Positions 27,865 through 37,246 are shown, counted from the first letter of the stretch. The stretch: DNA of 52,254 bases from an uncultured Gammaproteobacteria bacterium (GCA_964533995.1 CAZHOQ010000001.1:1-52254); one strand, 5' to 3'. Notes: generated by a model from the sequence alone, not told the origin. Program-made: numbers and translations.

Positions 27865-29079
27865 TTAGCGGAACAAAAGCAGGGCAGGGTTCCAAAGGAG
27901 CATGCCGCCCAAAAGAAGCATCACCATACCCCCGATAAGGTTCGACCATCCTGCGTATGTATTGGTAAGATGGAGTTTTTCCGCTCCCCAAAGGGCGAGT
28001 CCGAAGACCAGAAAATCATCAAACATGTAAAAAAGTATGTATATCACGATAAAGGCCGCGTTCTGAACGGGGGACAGCCGATTTATTTCCAGGATTTTCG
28101 TGAATGCCTGCGGGATGCCGATCGAGCACGCAAATTCGATAACATTCACGGAAAACGCGATTCCCAAAATCGAAAGAAACGTCACGAAGGTAAACCTGCC
28201 GGCGGCCAGATTTTGGAGTTTTTGTTTCGTATCATGGCGTTTTGAAAGATCCATCACCTTGCACTCGATTTCCTTTCTGTGCCATTCACGCAGGAAAAAT
28301 ATGCCGCCTCCGATCGCGATAAGCCCGACGACCGGGGTGACGATGGAATCGAGGCGGACAAAGTCCCAGGTTTTGTACCAGACGGTAAGAATCAGTGTGT
28401 ACATGACGGCCTCTGCGAGAATAAACGTACCGGCAAACAGCAGCATCTTCCGCCGGTTTCCGACCTGAATGAGTATCATGAGGAACGTGATGAGGACCCA
28501 CATGGCACAAGGATTGAATCCGTCGAAGAACCCTAGCATTGCCGAAAGAATGAACAACGGATACTGTTTCGAATCGATGGTTCCCATGACAGGAAGCGTG
28601 AGTGCAACCGAAGGCTCGTTCGTGCAAGGGGCTAAGCCCGATTCGTCACACGTGCTGCTTTCGGCAAATTTGCCGTCCTCTTTTACGTTCGAAAGATCCG
28701 TAACCGTCTTTTCCGACTTTGCTCTTTCGATAAGTACCACGATTTCCTTTCCGGTCGTTTCCGGTTTGTCGAAGCCAATAAGATACCGCGTGCCGACTAC
28801 CGTTATGGGGGTTACTTTGGAAATGCCTAGGCGTGCGGTAAAGTCGTCCCACATTTTCCGGCCGTCGCTATCTTCCAGGCGGAGAAAAGTTAGGGTTATG
28901 TCGTCCCGCTCCTCATCAAGTTTCGAGAGGAATGCTTCTTCGTCCTTGCAGTGTTGGCATCCGTCCCGGACAAATACCGTAACTTCTACGGCTGGCGCCT
29001 GCGCGTTGACGAGCGAGGGAAACGCCAGCGCAAGTATACCGACGAGAAGCACCATGAATAATTCCGTCGTTTTCCGCAT
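27865..29079 (-). CDS. Thioredoxin/glutaredoxin-like domain fused to a DsbD/CcdA-type transmembrane domain
   Basis: Signal peptide, then CQHC redox motif, then a polytopic region with FDGFNPCAMWVL (CcdA/DsbD-like NPC motif). Trimmed to ATG 29079. Confidence 0.7.
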   Translation of the reverse strand: MRKTTELFMVLLVGILALAFPSLVNAQAPAVEVTVFVRDGCQHCKDEEAFLSKLDEERDDITLTFLRLEDSDGRKMWDDFTARLGISKVTPITVVGTRYLIGFDKPETTGKEIVVLIERAKSEKTVTDLSNVKEDGKFAESSTCDESGLAPCTNEPSVALTLPVMGTIDSKQYPLFILSAMLGFFDGFNPCAMWVLITFLMILIQVGNRRKMLLFAGTFILAEAVMYTLILTVWYKTWDFVRLDSIVTPVVGLIAIGGGIFFLREWHRKEIECKVMDLSKRHDTKQKLQNLAAGRFTFVTFLSILGIAFSVNVIEFACSIGIPQAFTKILEINRLSPVQNAAFIVIYILFYMFDDFLVFGLALWGAEKLHLTNTYAGWSNLIGGMVMLLLGGMLLWNPALLLFR

Positions 29080-29126
29080 GACATGGGGATTATAACAAAT
29101 CAAAGCTGAAGCAACGGTGAAGAGAA

Positions 29127-29684
29127 TCAGAAGGTATCGCGCTGAGAAATTTCATCGATCGTACGCTTGCTTCTTGCCGACTTCGGGAAGTTATTCGCGT
29201 CATAATTCGGGATTGCATACAGATCCTTATGTTTAAGAAGGAGCCAGGCGTTTTTGGGGCCGAATCCGTGTGTTTTGATAAGGGCGTACGAACCCTTAAG
29301 TTTTTTGCCATGGAGGACGAATTTCAGTTCTCCGCGTTTGAGACCTTCCCGCATCACTTCTTTTGCCTTGAGTGGATTTATTACCTCTTCCCGGTTACCC
29401 TTGCCAATGTCCCGTTCCGCAACATAGGTTCCCTCGTCCCAAATCATGACAGCTCCTGCGCCGGGTTCATTTTCCGGAATAACGCCTTCGAAGTTTCTAT
29501 AATCCATATCGTGTTCCGTGGTTTCCATGGCTAACCGCTTGACGGATGGATCCAAGGAAGGACCTTTGGGAATCGCCCAGGACGGCAAGGCGTCGCCAAT
29601 TTCCAGACGGAGGTCGTAATGCGGTCGAACGGTTGCATGCTTATGGATGACAAAGGCAAAGTGGTGCTGTTTTCCGGTTTTCAT
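29127..29684 (-). CDS. Stand-alone DNA ligase D 3'-phosphoesterase (LigD-PE) domain protein
   Basis: FVIHKHATVRPHYDLRLEIGDALPSWAIPKGPSLDP...TEHDMDYRNFEGVIP is the LigD-PE signature. ATG 29684 overlaps the upstream stop (ATGA). Confidence 0.85.
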   Translation of the reverse strand: MKTGKQHHFAFVIHKHATVRPHYDLRLEIGDALPSWAIPKGPSLDPSVKRLAMETTEHDMDYRNFEGVIPENEPGAGAVMIWDEGTYVAERDIGKGNREEVINPLKAKEVMREGLKRGELKFVLHGKKLKGSYALIKTHGFGPKNAWLLLKHKDLYAIPNYDANNFPKSARSKRTIDEISQRDTF

Positions 29685-31066
29685 AGGCGCGTATCGTCCA
29701 AAGAAGGCGGGATGTTCTGGTTCAGATGGAACACATTCGCGGGATCGTATTTCGTTTTTATTTTCTGCAGCCGTTCCCATGTCGTGCCCGGGTAGGCTGC
29801 GTGTATTCTTTCTACCGGCTCGTTGCCCAGGAAATTGACATACGCGCCGTAATCGTTTTGTTGTAGCCTATTTTGAAAGTCCGCTACCCAAAGTTCATGC
29901 TTCATTTTTTCTTCGAGGTTTTGGTAAAGTGTTGCGAGGTTAACCATAATAGTCGATTTTCGGTGGTAATAAGCCGTAGCATCCGGTGGTATTCGCGCTA
30001 TCGCGCCGCCCAATACCCGGAGTTGGCAAACAGCCATCGTACCTGTGGATGCGCGCAGCTTTGTGAGGATGTCGTCGGCTGTGCGTTCGTCCACCCGATC
30101 GATAAACATGGTCCTGGCGGCGGCAATCGGCTGATAGTTACTTTGGTCCGGTGGATACATTTGGGGATAGGGGATGACCTTCACCATATCCGCAAGCGGA
30201 GTATCGATGGATCGGAATTTTTCCATGACCGACGCTCCCGACGTCGCATCACCCGCGTAACACATAAGCGCCATGATGATGAGTTTGCCCGTGGTCTCCT
30301 TTGGAAGGAACGGCATCGGGGGAGCGGTCATCACATTGGCGATGGTCGATAATTCATCCGGCGCCTGTTCTGCCGCATGTATGAACGCGGCGATGTTTTT
30401 TGCCGACGCGGGAAGAATAAGCATGCCGCCGGTAACGGTTTCGACGTCGTGTATCCGGTATTGGAACCGGGTGACGACGCCGAAATTCCCGCCGCCGCCC
30501 CGGACAGCCCAGAAAAGATCCGGTTCGTGCGTCTCGTCGACCGTGTGGAATGATCCGTCTGCGGTCACGATTTCGCAGGCAGTGACGTTATCGATTGTCA
30601 TGCCGTATTTTCGGCTCAGATACCCGATTCCGCCGCCTGTGGTAATTCCGCCGATACCGACGGAACCCGTGTCACCGAATCCGGTCGCAAGCTTATGCAC
30701 GGCGGCAGCATTGGTAAATTCGCCGGCAGTCAAACCCGTTTCAGCCCAGGCAGTGCGCGTGCCAGGGTTGACATCCATTGCTTTCATACGAGTCAGGTCA
30801 AGGACGATACCACCCTCCGATACGCCGTGACCGGCGCTACTGTGACCGCCGGAGCGGATGGCTAGTTCCATGCCGGTTTCGCGTGAAAGCCGTATGCAGT
30901 TTTGGACGTCCTTGATATTCGCAGCCCTTATAATCACGGCGGGTTTTTTGTCGATACCGCCGGCAAATACCGTACGCGCCGCATGGTATTGCGGATCTTC
31001 AGGTCCGATAACCTGACCCTGAAACATGGATGTTACCGAAGCCGCGGAAAACTTGATGGTATTCAT
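29681..31066 (-). CDS. FAD-binding oxidoreductase, FAD_binding_4 / berberine-bridge-enzyme-like
   Basis: RSGGHSSAGH and GIGGITTGGGIGYLSRKYG FAD-binding motifs. C-terminal BBE-like YVNF...KYDPANVFHLNQNI. Trimmed to ATG 31066. Confidence 0.85.
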   Translation of the reverse strand: MNTIKFSAASVTSMFQGQVIGPEDPQYHAARTVFAGGIDKKPAVIIRAANIKDVQNCIRLSRETGMELAIRSGGHSSAGHGVSEGGIVLDLTRMKAMDVNPGTRTAWAETGLTAGEFTNAAAVHKLATGFGDTGSVGIGGITTGGGIGYLSRKYGMTIDNVTACEIVTADGSFHTVDETHEPDLFWAVRGGGGNFGVVTRFQYRIHDVETVTGGMLILPASAKNIAAFIHAAEQAPDELSTIANVMTAPPMPFLPKETTGKLIIMALMCYAGDATSGASVMEKFRSIDTPLADMVKVIPYPQMYPPDQSNYQPIAAARTMFIDRVDERTADDILTKLRASTGTMAVCQLRVLGGAIARIPPDATAYYHRKSTIMVNLATLYQNLEEKMKHELWVADFQNRLQQNDYGAYVNFLGNEPVERIHAAYPGTTWERLQKIKTKYDPANVFHLNQNIPPSLDDTRL

Positions 31067-31070
31067 ACAA

Positions 31071-31336
31071 TCATCCAAGCGACCCGATTTTGACGCTGCC
31101 GTCCCGTTTATATAATGCGACGATGATACCGCTCGGAGTTGTCTGGCTTTCCGTGAGCGTAAACGCCTGCAGCATCGCATGCATGATTTTTCCGTCCTCT
31201 ACCGGTTTATGCGGCATGCCGCCTTCTTTGTAGGTCATCATGGTCATAGTTCCGCCGAAGGCGGATTTATAGAATTCCATTGCGTCGCGGGCCGTGCCGG
31301 AGAAGTTGAGATAGTGTTTAGTTTGCTGTTTTGCAT
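31071..31336 (-). pseudogene. VOC/PhnB-like (3-demethylubiquinone-9 3-methyltransferase-domain) gene, frameshifted near the start and C-terminally truncated
   Basis: GGAGG plus ATG at 31336 opens one frame. The conserved YLNFSGTARDAMEFYKSAFGG...GKIMHA runs in another frame. One extra A in the A4 run right after the ATG (T-run 31329-31332 on +) would restore MQKQQTKHYLNFSG. The ORF ends about 70 aa short of typical family length. Confidence 0.5.
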
Positions 31337-31503
31337 GGGTCCTCCTTGGAAATAATTATTATTGGATGACGGCTGTTACCAGCCGGTCCCAGCGGCTGGG
31401 GATTTTGGATGCGGAAAGACGGCCAGGGAATGCTAAGAGTTTGGAGGATTATCCGACGTCGCGGTTCCGCCAACGCAGTGAACATATCCATATTGTAATA
31501 CAC
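31318..31503 (-). pseudogene. ArsR/SmtB-like HTH regulator remnant
   Basis: MFTALAEPRRRIILQTL matches the ArsR N-terminal helix (ALADPTRRRIL). The remainder has no HTH similarity, and the ORF is about half normal length. Confidence 0.35.
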
Positions 31504-31552
31504 ATTACAATAGGATGGTGCGTAAGTAAATGTAGATAAAGACGAATTGCCG

Positions 31553-31855
31553 TTACGTGACGACTTCCAGTGTGATATCTATCATGTCGCCTTCCGATAT
31601 CGTTTCCGATGCCCGCACGGATTTTTTCAGCGGCAACAGATACCTCCCGTCTTCGTCGGGAAATATCGAGGTCCTCCATGACGTCCCGCCGATGGATGCC
31701 AAGACCGGTATCGACCCGAATCCCCGGCGGGGCCAGATATAGTCCTTCTTGATTATGCCGGATTCCGACGACGGTATGGTTACGAAATGCCACGGGCTGT
31801 CCCCCTGATAAAGCCATACGCGGGCCGTGACGGAATGTATGTTGGAGCGGGTCAT
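31553..31855 (-). CDS. DUF1905 domain protein
   Basis: WHFVTIP...RGFGSIPVLASIGGTSWRTSIFP...YLLPLKKSVR...GDMIDITLEV matches the DUF1905 pattern. Confidence 0.8.
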   Translation of the reverse strand: MTRSNIHSVTARVWLYQGDSPWHFVTIPSSESGIIKKDYIWPRRGFGSIPVLASIGGTSWRTSIFPDEDGRYLLPLKKSVRASETISEGDMIDITLEVVT

Positions 31856-31903
31856 AGGTGCGTTCTCTCAAAGAGTATAGCACCGGGATAGCGGTCGCAT
31901 CGA

Positions 31904-32383
31904 TTATATTTGCGCCATCAGGACGACGAAGTTCTTGCCGTAATGCCTGGCGCACGACGGGCACATGGTATAAAAGAAGTAGAGTTTTTTGAGCGAATTT
32001 TTCCCCGCTTTCACATACGCATCCATGTCTTTAACCCATGCGCCGATACGGTTGAAGGGGCCCTCATATACTTTCGACAGGAAGGTCCCGGAGAGCTTTA
32101 TCATGTCCGCGCCCGGTACGGGTTGCCGTACTGCGATGTAGATTTCCGATCCGAAGAGCGAATTTTCGTCGGAAAGCATGATCGGTATGTCATTTAGGGC
32201 TCCGGCTTGTTCGATACGCGCCATATTTTTCCGCATGATCGCGTTGATGTTGAGCGGCACATGAAGAAATCCGATTACGTGATCGTGGAGGAAGAGTTTG
32301 TCCTTCCATCGTATGGTTTTTCTATCCCACGGGGCCGGATCAAATGGCGGGCAGCAGCCGGTCTCGGCAATCTGCTTGGACAT
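31904..32383 (-). CDS. Conserved hypothetical protein with Cys pairs at both ends
   Basis: 159-aa ORF with CCPPFDPAPWD near the N-terminus and CPSCARHYGKN near the C-terminus. I do not recognise a named family. Confidence 0.55.
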   Translation of the reverse strand: MSKQIAETGCCPPFDPAPWDRKTIRWKDKLFLHDHVIGFLHVPLNINAIMRKNMARIEQAGALNDIPIMLSDENSLFGSEIYIAVRQPVPGADMIKLSGTFLSKVYEGPFNRIGAWVKDMDAYVKAGKNSLKKLYFFYTMCPSCARHYGKNFVVLMAQI

Positions 32384-32590
32384 GGCACCCTAACCGTACA
32401 CCCGGGGGTCGCCCTTGTCTGTATGACAACAAACACATCGTTGCGCTGTCCCGTTCCGACCGTTATTTTCCCGTTTTTAGAAGGAGTATGCCTGTGGTCT
32501 TATGCCTCTATGCGAAGAAATCTACGGGTAACTGCGTGTGGCTGTGTGATGGATAACAGCGTGTTGCGGGGATAATCCTTGCGGCAGAAC

Positions 32591-33148
32591 TCATGGCTGC
32601 GGTTCGGGTACGGCAGATAGCTGTGACGGGATTTCAGGGTCGTTTTTTGGGCCGTAGCTTATGAGTAATTTATCCCCCGGGCGGATTTCGCGTTCAAGGG
32701 CGTTTTGGTCTTCGGTGCCGTTTATGAAGAACTTAAGGGATTGTGTGGAATCGGTGCAGAATTGCTGGCCCGTACCGGTCGTAAGACATACGGGAGTTAC
32801 TTGCATCGGGAGCGTATTGAAGAAATCACTCCAGACGCGGCCTTCTTCACGTACCCGTATGGTATGGGGAGAGGAAGCGTCAATGAAGAGGTCCCCTGAT
32901 GTGTTGTGGTATTTGGGGTCAGTAAATTCGCGGCGCGTACCGTTTGTATATATTACAAATGAAGCGGTAAGGCTTTGTGTAGGCTCATCCGTTGGCGCCA
33001 CTGATGCCGGTGCTACTTTGGGTTCGGATTTTGCGGCGGGGTAGAGAAAAACGACGGTTGCTAGTATTGTGCCAATGATAAGGAATGCGTAAAGCAGTTT
33101 ACGGTCCGGTGCGGGTATCAGGTGGTGATGGCGCGTGCCGCGTTTCAT
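32591..33148 (-). CDS. Membrane-anchored extracytoplasmic hypothetical protein
   Basis: N-terminal TM helix (LLYAFLIIGTILATVVFLY). ATGA overlap with the upstream gene stop at 33145-33148. Confidence 0.55.
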   Translation of the reverse strand: MKRGTRHHHLIPAPDRKLLYAFLIIGTILATVVFLYPAAKSEPKVAPASVAPTDEPTQSLTASFVIYTNGTRREFTDPKYHNTSGDLFIDASSPHTIRVREEGRVWSDFFNTLPMQVTPVCLTTGTGQQFCTDSTQSLKFFINGTEDQNALEREIRPGDKLLISYGPKNDPEIPSQLSAVPEPQP

Positions 33149-33729
33149 GCTCCCGTCCGTTCTTTTACGAATCCGAAGCGCTTGTTGGCTGCAGTCATGG
33201 CTACGAAATGTTTGAGTGCCTTGGTGTACATCGCAACCCCATGGCGTTTCCTGCTTTCTATGTATTCGATTCGGATGCGCGTGTAGGAGTCAGGAAATTT
33301 TTTGAAGTTGGCCCATGCGGAAGGATTCGCTTTGATCGCTTTGAGGATGGCAGGGGGAGTGGTAGGTAGCCCCTTGGTATCCGTTTCCGGATTATACGCG
33401 TGGGCAATTGCGGTGAGTCCCGCCTTGGTCATTTTACCGGTTTGTATGAGTTCCCGGATGCGCTCCTTGTTCATTTGGGACAGCACGCTTGTCGGTTTGC
33501 GGGGCGAAAACCGCTGCGCGAAGCTTTCGCTGTCGCGGGATTTGACGATACTATCGATCCATCCGTAGGCTAGTGCTTCCAACACCGCCTCATCGTAGGA
33601 AATCCGCGGTTTTCCGGATGATTTCTTATAGAAGATAAGCCAGATGTCTTTTTCCGTCTTATGATGTTTGGAAAGCCATGTGCGCCACGCTTTGCGGGAC
33701 GTAACGTAAAGGGTTTTGCCGATGTCCAT
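33145..33729 (-). CDS. YdeI/OmpD-associated (OmdA-like) family protein
   Basis: WRTWLSKHH...IWLIFYKKSSGKPRISYDEAVLEALAYGWIDS is the characteristic N-terminal pattern of this family. Confidence 0.75.
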   Translation of the reverse strand: MDIGKTLYVTSRKAWRTWLSKHHKTEKDIWLIFYKKSSGKPRISYDEAVLEALAYGWIDSIVKSRDSESFAQRFSPRKPTSVLSQMNKERIRELIQTGKMTKAGLTAIAHAYNPETDTKGLPTTPPAILKAIKANPSAWANFKKFPDSYTRIRIEYIESRKRHGVAMYTKALKHFVAMTAANKRFGFVKERTGA

Positions 33730-33781
33730 TGCTATCCGTATTGTATCGTATATTTGTTAGTTGCTATAGTAAGGATTGGGT

Positions 33782-34369
33782 ATGAAAAAACGCGCTGATA
33801 CCGGAAACGACGCCGCTCTCGTTACGAACAGTATCATCATTCTCGTAATGGTCATTGTCGGTTTCGGATGGTATCTTTCCACACGCTTAAAGACACCGCA
33901 ACCCGATCCCGTACCGGCAGGCAATTACTCGTTTGACGTGCTGTCGAAGCCCTTGCCGACGCCGGTCCCCGGGGTGACGGAAACATTTACCGGTACGGTC
34001 ACTGCCCTGATCGCAAAGGGACAGAGTATGGAATGTGACGTGGCCTCAGTGCCGTCAGATGCCGACGGCATTAGCGGTAAACTCTGGACATTTAGTGCTA
34101 CCGGACGGAGCAATCTCTCCGTGCCAATAGGCCGTGGGATGTCCGTTGTCGCCAATTCGGTGCATTCCGGTAACACCGCGTATTCGTGGTTCGATATGAC
34201 CGGAAAGGTGTTGGGATACCGGATCGACCTGACCGCTTCTACTTCGGCAGCCTCCATGCAAAAGCGACAGATTGTGGACGTATTGGTTCGGGATTTGACG
34301 TTCACCTGCGCTGCGTGGACGCCGGATCAGCGAATGCTTACTCTGCCGCCGAATGTCGATTTTAACTGA
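33782..34369 (+). CDS. Membrane-anchored hypothetical protein
   Basis: ATG 33782 is preceded by AAGGA; the listed start at 33776 is a TTG. One N-terminal TM helix and no recognisable domain. Confidence 0.55.
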   Translation: MKKRADTGNDAALVTNSIIILVMVIVGFGWYLSTRLKTPQPDPVPAGNYSFDVLSKPLPTPVPGVTETFTGTVTALIAKGQSMECDVASVPSDADGISGKLWTFSATGRSNLSVPIGRGMSVVANSVHSGNTAYSWFDMTGKVLGYRIDLTASTSAASMQKRQIVDVLVRDLTFTCAAWTPDQRMLTLPPNVDFN

Positions 34370-34396
34370 TAGACGCAAAGCGCCTGTACCGTTATT

Positions 34397-34903
34397 TTGC
34401 GTATGAAGAAAATGATGCGGAAAAGACCGCGTGTGCTTTTCCAAAAAATCGTCGATACCCTCGTAGTGTATATACGAACACAATGTATCGTGATGGTTGC
34501 CGTATCCGCCGTTACCTGGATTATCCTTGTCATGCTAGGCGTGCGATTCGCAATGTTACTGGCCATTACCACCGGGGCGCTTGCCGCAGTTCCCGTTTTG
34601 GGGATGATCACGTCGGCAGTTATCGCGGCGGTTGTCGCGACGTTTGATGACCTTCGGTTTTTACCGGGTGCGCCTGAGGCGGTCGAGGGAATCGTGGTTA
34701 TCGTTGCGTACGTACTCCTTAACATGCTCGTCGATTTGTTTTTGACTCCGTATCTGACCGGGAAAATGATTCGAATCCATCCGGCGCTCATATTCTTTTC
34801 CGTCCTTATTGGCTCGGCGGCGTTTGGGATTCCGGGGGCGCTATTTGCCGTTCCGGTACTTCTCATCGGGAAAACGGTATGGGAACATTTCAATTCCCAA
34901 TGA
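34397..34903 (+). CDS. AI-2E (PerM/UPF0118) family transporter, C-terminal half only (possible gene fragment)
   Basis: LGVRFAMLLAITTGALAAVPVLG...FGIPGALFAVPVL corresponds to the last ~4 TM helices of AI-2E proteins. About 165 aa versus a typical ~350. The listed start is a TTG. Confidence 0.5.
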   Translation: MRMKKMMRKRPRVLFQKIVDTLVVYIRTQCIVMVAVSAVTWIILVMLGVRFAMLLAITTGALAAVPVLGMITSAVIAAVVATFDDLRFLPGAPEAVEGIVVIVAYVLLNMLVDLFLTPYLTGKMIRIHPALIFFSVLIGSAAFGIPGALFAVPVLLIGKTVWEHFNSQ

Positions 34904-34923
34904 CGGGTTGCCGTTAGTATACA

Positions 34924-36372
34924 ATGGGTAGCATGAAAGGCGGTTGGAAGATATTTGCAAGTGTCGTCAGTGCGGGGATAGTTTCATTGTTACTCGAATT
35001 GTCACTTCTTCGGGAATTCGTGTACGTGATCGGCTCCACCGCGTTTTCCAACTCCCTCGTGATTTCGGTATTCCTGGGCGGACTTGCCGTCGGAACGTAT
35101 CTGGGGATCTGGAAGCGGTTTAAGTCGAAGGATGAGCGGTCGGTACGTATTAAGTTCGCCCTGCTGCAGGGAGTGCAGATTCTGTTCGTGTTTCTCTTTA
35201 CGTCGACGAAGGACTACTTCATATACGTGAGTTTGAACGAGCCGGTCATCGTTTCGTACTTCATTCTCGCGACCTTCATCCCGTCGCTTATCGCGGGTGC
35301 GTCGTATGCCACGATGGTCGAGCTCTTATATCATCGCGGACAACGGTACATCATCCATATTTATGCCTACAGCACGATCGGAAACGTGATTGGTGGATTA
35401 TTGCATGGTTACGTGTTCATGTACCTTTTTGGGATGCACGCCGCGTACGTTTTTGCGGTGTTTTGCGCAGCGGTGTCCATTCTGCTTGTGTATCCCGTGC
35501 AAAAAATCCGTGTGCTAGCGGTGATTGCTGCAGCCAGTATCATTCCGGCGGGTATGATTGCCGGGAGCGTGATCCCATCGGCGCTTTTCCCCCTTGATTC
35601 CCTGCTGTTCCGGGAACACAGCCCGTACGGACTTGTCGAAGTCTGGCGGATGAAAGACGGGAAACATGTCCAGATGACAATCGACAACGTGCACCAGTAT
35701 TACAGCTATGATTGGGATAACGATATCCATGCGCAGTGGGCGGATACGACACTTGAAATGTTTGACCGGCCGGTCCGCGTGCTGGTGTTGGGATACGGTA
35801 GCGGCATTTCGTCGTCGGCGTTTTTGTCTTCTCCCAAGACGCGTTCGGTCGATACGGTCGAAAACGCGGTGCCCGTTATGACGGCAGGCAAACGGTTTTT
35901 CCCCACCGAATACGGGAAGCTTACGGCAGACAGCCGTTCCCGCATCATCGTGACGGACTTTCGTAAATACATCCGTTTTACGGATGTTAAGTATGACATC
36001 ATCCTGCTGGACCACAGCATGATCGATCCGTATTACGCAGGGTTCTTCACGCTTGAATTTTTTGACCAACTCAAGCGGGTGCTTACCCCCGGCGGAGTCG
36101 TTGCGAGTTTGGGTGTGGGGCTTTCGTGGGATACGGTACGCGCATCGTTTCCGTATATGTATACCTACACGGGCGAGGGGAGAGAGCTTATCCGGACAAG
36201 CGGGTTTTTTCTAACCACGGAGGCGCTAGCGGGGAACGTCTCGTCACGTTTTACCCCCGAATCCGACGGACCATTGGGTGAGCCGGTTTACTCTGACCAT
36301 CGTGTCTATGGAAATTCCTTGAGGACCGCATTCGGGGCAATCCGGGGACGGGTAACCCGCACCGTGCAATAG
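34924..36372 (+). CDS. Fused polytopic membrane domain / spermidine-synthase-like methyltransferase-fold protein
   Basis: The N-terminal ~220 aa has 6-7 TM helices. The C-terminal region has VLVLGYGSGISS and DIILLD (SAM/dcSAM-binding Rossmann motifs). Confidence 0.7.
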   Translation: MGSMKGGWKIFASVVSAGIVSLLLELSLLREFVYVIGSTAFSNSLVISVFLGGLAVGTYLGIWKRFKSKDERSVRIKFALLQGVQILFVFLFTSTKDYFIYVSLNEPVIVSYFILATFIPSLIAGASYATMVELLYHRGQRYIIHIYAYSTIGNVIGGLLHGYVFMYLFGMHAAYVFAVFCAAVSILLVYPVQKIRVLAVIAAASIIPAGMIAGSVIPSALFPLDSLLFREHSPYGLVEVWRMKDGKHVQMTIDNVHQYYSYDWDNDIHAQWADTTLEMFDRPVRVLVLGYGSGISSSAFLSSPKTRSVDTVENAVPVMTAGKRFFPTEYGKLTADSRSRIIVTDFRKYIRFTDVKYDIILLDHSMIDPYYAGFFTLEFFDQLKRVLTPGGVVASLGVGLSWDTVRASFPYMYTYTGEGRELIRTSGFFLTTEALAGNVSSRFTPESDGPLGEPVYSDHRVYGNSLRTAFGAIRGRVTRTVQ

Positions 36373-36795
36373 TTAGTACCCGTGCCGCCAGACGACTGCC
36401 GTGATATTTATGCCGCCCGTCGTAAGCGCTATCGCTTTTTTAAGTTCGTATTGGCTGATAGTCCTGTCCGGCGATTCATGGCTGGGAATTTTGCCCGTAT
36501 AATACCGGGCCAGCACCGCAAAAGCCCGGGCGTCTCCGAGTTGGCCCAAAGCCCAGATCGCACGGTTTCTTGACTGAAAATCCTGATGCTCGTCGAATAA
36601 CAGGGTGATCAGGGAGAAGACGCAGCCATTGCGGGGCGACTGGCCTGGACTACCGTATATCCTTCGGGCGTCCTGGCATGTTTCCGAGACTTGGGACCCG
36701 ATGACGGCACCCGTCAGGAGAAAAAAGAGGAGTATGGCGCCGACTGCCGCCGTACCGGAGACCAAGACAATGCGTTTCGTAATCTTGCTTTTCAT
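36373..36795 (-). CDS. Membrane-anchored HEAT-repeat (PBS-lyase-like) protein
   Basis: One TM helix, then RAIWALGQLGDARAFAVLARYY, a HEAT_2-type repeat. Trimmed to ATG 36795. Confidence 0.55.
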   Translation of the reverse strand: MKSKITKRIVLVSGTAAVGAILLFFLLTGAVIGSQVSETCQDARRIYGSPGQSPRNGCVFSLITLLFDEHQDFQSRNRAIWALGQLGDARAFAVLARYYTGKIPSHESPDRTISQYELKKAIALTTGGINITAVVWRHGY

Positions 36796-36866
36796 CACAA
36801 CATCCCGTTGCATTACCCAGTATTGCATATGCCTGATTCCGAGGCAATGATTTTGGGGTGGTACGG

Positions 36867-37184
36867 TTACAGATATTTGTCAGCGAATGATCCGATTTCC
36901 GCTATGATGGGGAGAAGGTCCTTGCCTTTCGTTGTCAATTCGTAGAGTACGGAAACCCGGTCGACCGTTTCGGTTTTCCTGATTATGATTTTTTCGCGTT
37001 CCAATTTTTTGAGCCTGGCGGTAAGGGTTGCCGGATTGAGGCCGTTGATCGCACGCTGCAGGTCGTTAAAGCGCATGCCGGTTTTTCCCAGATGATGGAT
37101 GATGCACAAGGTGTGCGTATCGCCGATAATCGCGATCGCATTGTCGATGGCATTCGTATGTGCGGTATTTCTTTTCGTTGACAT
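36867..37184 (-). CDS. HxlR-type winged-helix transcriptional regulator
   Basis: IIGDTHTLCIIHHLGKTGMRFNDLQRAINGLNPATLTARLKKLEREKII follows the HxlR pattern. It is divergent from an oxidoreductase gene, which is the classic pairing. Confidence 0.8.
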   Translation of the reverse strand: MSTKRNTAHTNAIDNAIAIIGDTHTLCIIHHLGKTGMRFNDLQRAINGLNPATLTARLKKLEREKIIIRKTETVDRVSVLYELTTKGKDLLPIIAEIGSFADKYL

Positions 37185-37219
37185 ACTATAGATTACATAG
37201 TACTATATTTTCTATAGTA
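37184..37219. promoter_or_regulatory. Dyad-symmetric operator candidate in the HxlR / oxidoreductase divergent intergenic region
   Basis: tactatag (37184-37191) and ctatagta (37212-37219) are reverse complements. They flank a perfect 10-bp palindrome atagtactat (37197-37206) on the same symmetry axis. Confidence 0.45.
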
Positions 37220-37246
37220 TTCTAGCATAAAAAGGAGGGTAGGGCA

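Noticed and set aside
27479-27991. Overlapping plus-strand ORFs (27479-27868 and 27609-27938) and the 116-aa minus-strand ORF.
   Set aside because: Only the C-terminal 54 codons of the minus-strand ORF resemble a conserved small protein. The plus-strand ORFs overlap the cupin gene and have no motifs.
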